64,000 bases of DNA, taken from the NCBI RefSeq assembly GCF_021028975.2, contig NC_059437.1, positions 31,124,001 through 31,188,000 of the forward strand, written 5' to 3'. Below, in pieces: positions 50,185-64,000 of this stretch. Position 1 is the first letter of the stretch; each line of letters starts with the position of its first letter. The notes under the pieces were generated by a model. It did not search any database. It was not told the DNA's origin and saw only the letters and a program-made list of their open reading frames with translations. Origin of the DNA: Sphaerodactylus townsendi (lineage: Eukaryota). The position numbers and the translations under genes were made by a program.

Positions 50185-50462
50185 GTTCAAACAGTTCCTT
50201 TTCCAAATCTTTCCTGTATCTTCTCTGCCCAATGAAGTACCCAGAGTTTACCCCCCCACCACCTTTCCCCCATCATTTCTGGGTGAAGTTTTTCTTCTAG
50301 ACATCCTCCAAGATCTTCCTTCACCAGGCCCCAGAGAAAAGTTCTGACTCTTTACAAGCTGATGTAAGTTCTACGTGGTCACCATTTTAAAACTCCAGGT
50401 GTGCTAAACAGCAGAAGTGCTTTGTTAGGGCCATGAACAATTTAGGGCAAGGCTAATCTGTA

Positions 50463-50648
50463 GATTCAATAGAAAAGACAATAATGGTAAGGAAAGCTGA
50501 TTGCAGCAAAAAAAAAGGAGGAAGACCCAACATGAGAGGGATTGACTCAATAAAGGAACCCCCAGTCTTCAGTTTGAAAGAGTTAATGATAGGATGTTTC
50601 AGAAATCATTAAGTCACAGGGCCGTTATAAATTGGAAGTCACTTGATG
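50463..50648 (+). mobile_element. RTE/BovB-type LINE 3' fragment (second copy)
   Basis: Homologous to 4420-4617 (gaaaagacaataatg...agacccaacatgagagggattgactcaataaaggaa). Confidence 0.75.
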
Positions 50649-51049
50649 ATATATAAACACACAAGTGTAGCATTTGAAAGAGACCCTCCACTGGGTGGCC
50701 CACCAGAATCAGATCCTTCAGTGAAATGACCTCTAACCTTCTGTTGACCTGTTATATACCATACTGTGGTGATGATCCTTCTAGGGATATTGCAGGAATG
50801 TTTGGCATCAGATTTCTTCTCCTTAGACAGTATTTTGAGAACCATTTTCACACCTCATGTGGCCACGTCTCAAAGAAAACCTATCCTTTCAGATAACCTT
50901 TTACAGCAGGCCTGAACGCCCCCCTCCCCTGAAAGCCAAGAGGAAGCAGCTTTGTCTAAAATTACCCATTAGGCTAAACTACAGTTTAAACCTGACTTGA
51001 GCTACAGCAGCCTGATGCAAAGAGATGGGCTGACAGAAATCAAAACTGG

Positions 51050-52748
51050 CCTTATTAAAATGATTTTATTTCGTCTGTTCTTTTGCTGTCATATTACATT
51101 GCTTGGAAGATCCAGGGAGAGCAACAGGACCTGAAGAATAGCTAACAGCTTGCCAAAGCTGAAGTACACTTGCTCCTATGGATAAAATGTGTTTTTTTTT
51201 CTTTGGTGACAACATTTCCTTTTTATTTGTTAAAAAAATACTTTCTTAAGTCTCGGCACATTCCGCTCTTCAAGATACAGGTCCCTAACATTTGTGGTCC
51301 CATCCATCCAAGGCCTGGTCCCATCAATCAATCACTTCTCATACGCTTTCACATACTTCTAATAACACTTTAAATAATTAAAAAAACCAGAGTTAACAAG
51401 GAGTTTTGTTGGGCAGATCATGGAAAAAAATGAAATAAAAATGATCTCGGCAAACAATAGACCAAAGCTACGGTACAAAAAAAATTGCATTCGTTCAGTT
51501 CTGTGGATTTAATTAAGCCGTTGGCAATGCAGTGGCCTTGGAAAGTGATACTTCTCACACAAAGAACTTTTTTTATAAAAAGGACATAGCAAAAATAAAC
51601 TGGCTATGCTTATGTCTGTAAAGTAATCAAAGATATTGCTGGGTTGTACAGAAGAAAAGAGCAGCACCATGATTGAAGAATACTGCAGGAAGACTAGTCT
51701 TTGGAAGTATTTCCCCTGCCCTCCTCTCTCAGTCAGACACACACGTATACGCAAACACACGATCTACACCCTTGGACATCTGTGCCATGGCCAGAACTGT
51801 GCGTATGTCGAGGCATTGCAGGAGTGCAGAAAAGCCAAAAAACATGGTTACCGGGCACACAACTCCCACTTCCTGAGAATCAAAGCTTTAATTATTTAAG
51901 TTTCTCCTCCTCATAGCTGCAAGGATAGTTTGGAAGTGAGCGAGTGATGACCGCTTGAAATCTCAGAAGCCTGAAAGGAGGCTCAGTAAGATTTCCAGTT
52001 ATTGTGACGGTGTGGGGTAGGGGGCAGGTGAACTTCAGGGTCTTGCATAGGTCCCTGTGACTAAATTAAGCAAACTAGTTAAAACTGCAGAATAAGTTAT
52101 GCCGAATAGAAGGTATGCAATGGCCTGATTTGGATCATGCATGTAGGTCACAGAGTTCTAAGGTTTTGCAGCACAGAACATGGTTTACGCACAGTCCCAG
52201 CTAAGACCGTTATACAAATCGAGGGGCAGCAGATTCAATTAAAATTCAAACCCATCCACGTGCTTGGACCATGAGATTTTTTTTCTAAAGCTTTGTTTTA
52301 ATTTGTAAGAATAGAAGAGCGAGATGTGTCATTCTAAACAGTGGTGCCAGCCACCTCCAGCAACCCGCCAGAGAACTGAGCATCTGGGGGTGGGGACAGG
52401 AAGCTTTGGGCACTATTCTGACAAACTGCTCCAGGAAGCTGTTCTGATCTGGATGCAGTTCCCTGGGCACATGAGAAGACAAGCCCAACGAAGTGTCAAT
52501 GCAACTCGGAACGCCACAGAAGGAGAGGTTCTGTGAGACAGCACTCTCCCCCTCCTCAGAAATCCCCATTGCATTCCTGCCTTGCAAAGCATAACGCAGA
52601 GTCCTTTTCTTAAAGACAAACAAAACAAAATAAACAACCACTTGGACAGTTCTTTAGGGCTGACAGCATTTCAGCCTGAAAACAGCTGATCTTGCAAGAC
52701 ACGAGCCGAGGAGTGGGAGGCTTGGGTGCTTTGGTGTAGAACTTGGTT
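51050..52748 (-). other. PLS3: PLS3 3'UTR with candidate polyadenylation signals
   Basis: Repeat-free AT-rich stretch after the stop codon. Minus-strand AATAAA at 51222-51227 and 51065-51070. Confidence 0.55.
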
Positions 52749-57737
<4,989 letters not shown>

Positions 57738-58460
57738 CTAAACAGGCAGGAATAGCACAGTCAGCCAAACTGCAGGGATATTTATTAGCCTTCTGTTTAG
57801 AGCTGATCTTCATTTCTATGTGTCGTCAACAAAGTAACCTCTTCCCAAGGGAGACAATGCAAAGCTAGATCCTGAGGCTTGGGCTTGTATAAACCATTTT
57901 TACAAGGAAAACCCACAACAAAGTGATGTTTCCCCACACTCTTTCCCTGTTATAAATGTGTTCTTATCAAGAGAGATGGTTTTCTTAAAATCAAAGTGTT
58001 TTTATGCTGGCTTTCCATCCTTAACAGACCTTCAAGGTTGCTTATACAAAGGATTAAAAAGCCATATACAATAAAATCTCATAAAGTGAAGATGCACTCA
58101 TGCGAGAATTTTCCATCATTGTGTCCCGTTCTCATATATAGGGGTGAATTTAATAAGAAAGAGCAAACATAAAAGAATTACACGGTGACATTTTCCCAGA
58201 AGATATGATGGCACAGAACTATTCTCAGAGGGCATCCCTATTTGTTTTCAAGATCAACCATTTCAGGAAAGTACTACGGTGCATTTATTTTTAAAAAGTA
58301 TAAAATGATGCATGTGTGGAGAAAGCAAAGAGAATTTTCCTTCTCTCTTTTCCCTATAATATTGGTTCTTGGGTGCATCCAATAAAGTTGATGGGCAGAT
58401 TTAAGGTAGACAAAAGCAAGCATTTCTTGATGCAATAGAGAACTCGCTATCACATGATGT

Positions 58461-58603
58461 NNNNNNNNNNNNNNNNNNNNNNNNNNNNNNNNNNNNNNNN
58501 NNNNNNNNNNNNNNNNNNNNNNNNNNNNNNNNNNNNNNNNNNNNNNNNNNNNNNNNNNNNNNNNNNNNNNNNNNNNNNNNNNNNNNNNNNNNNNNNNNNN
58601 NNN
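58461..58603. other. Assembly gap (143 N)
   Basis: Run of N. Confidence 1.
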
Positions 58604-63669
<5,066 letters not shown>

Positions 63670-63685
63670 AGTAAAGGCCAATAAG

Positions 63686-63687
<2 letters not shown>

Positions 63688-63778
<91 letters not shown>
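63688..63778. repeat. (GATT)n microsatellite
   Basis: Direct reading; adjoins an L2/SINE-type tail at about 63785-63830. Confidence 0.95.
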
Positions 63779-63780
<2 letters not shown>

Positions 63781-64000
63781 CGTAATTTTATCTCGCTCTT
63801 TCCCAAAGGGCTCAAGGCAGGTTACAATAAGTTAAAAACAGTAAAACATTAAATAAAACACTTAGACATTAAAACTATTAAAAGCACCGACAACATACTA
63901 ATGCAGTTAATAAATAGATTAATTATAAAAATGTTCATAGAATGAAACAGATGGCGACTAGAAGACTTTAAAAAGAAGGTGACAGACTAATGGAGAAGAG

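Overview
Vertebrate genomic DNA, most likely a squamate reptile. The SINE, CR1, L2, RTE and hAT repertoire looks gecko-like; this is an inference. Three protein-coding genes are supported. (1) AGTR2, the angiotensin II type-2 receptor, with one coding exon at 32432-33571 (-). (2) An intact 419-aa LRR gene at 45377-46636 (+) that looks like a divergent nyctalopin (NYX) paralogue with a signal peptide and a GPI-type C-terminus. (3) The last seven coding exons and 3'UTR of PLS3 (plastin-3) at about 51050-57737 (-). About 5 kb of PLS3 recurs after an N-gap (58604-63669) with frameshifting indels, almost certainly a false assembly duplication. The first ~32 kb has no recognisable gene and is dominated by transposon relics, including a SPIN MITE with a nested hAT MITE. 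A young solo LTR lies in a three-level nest at 48.2-49.0 kb. The most interesting item is the NYX-like gene. It occupies the PLS3-AGTR2 interval that, as I recall, holds the DXZ4 macrosatellite rather than such a gene in eutherians. All homology calls come from recalled sequences and motifs; no searches were run.
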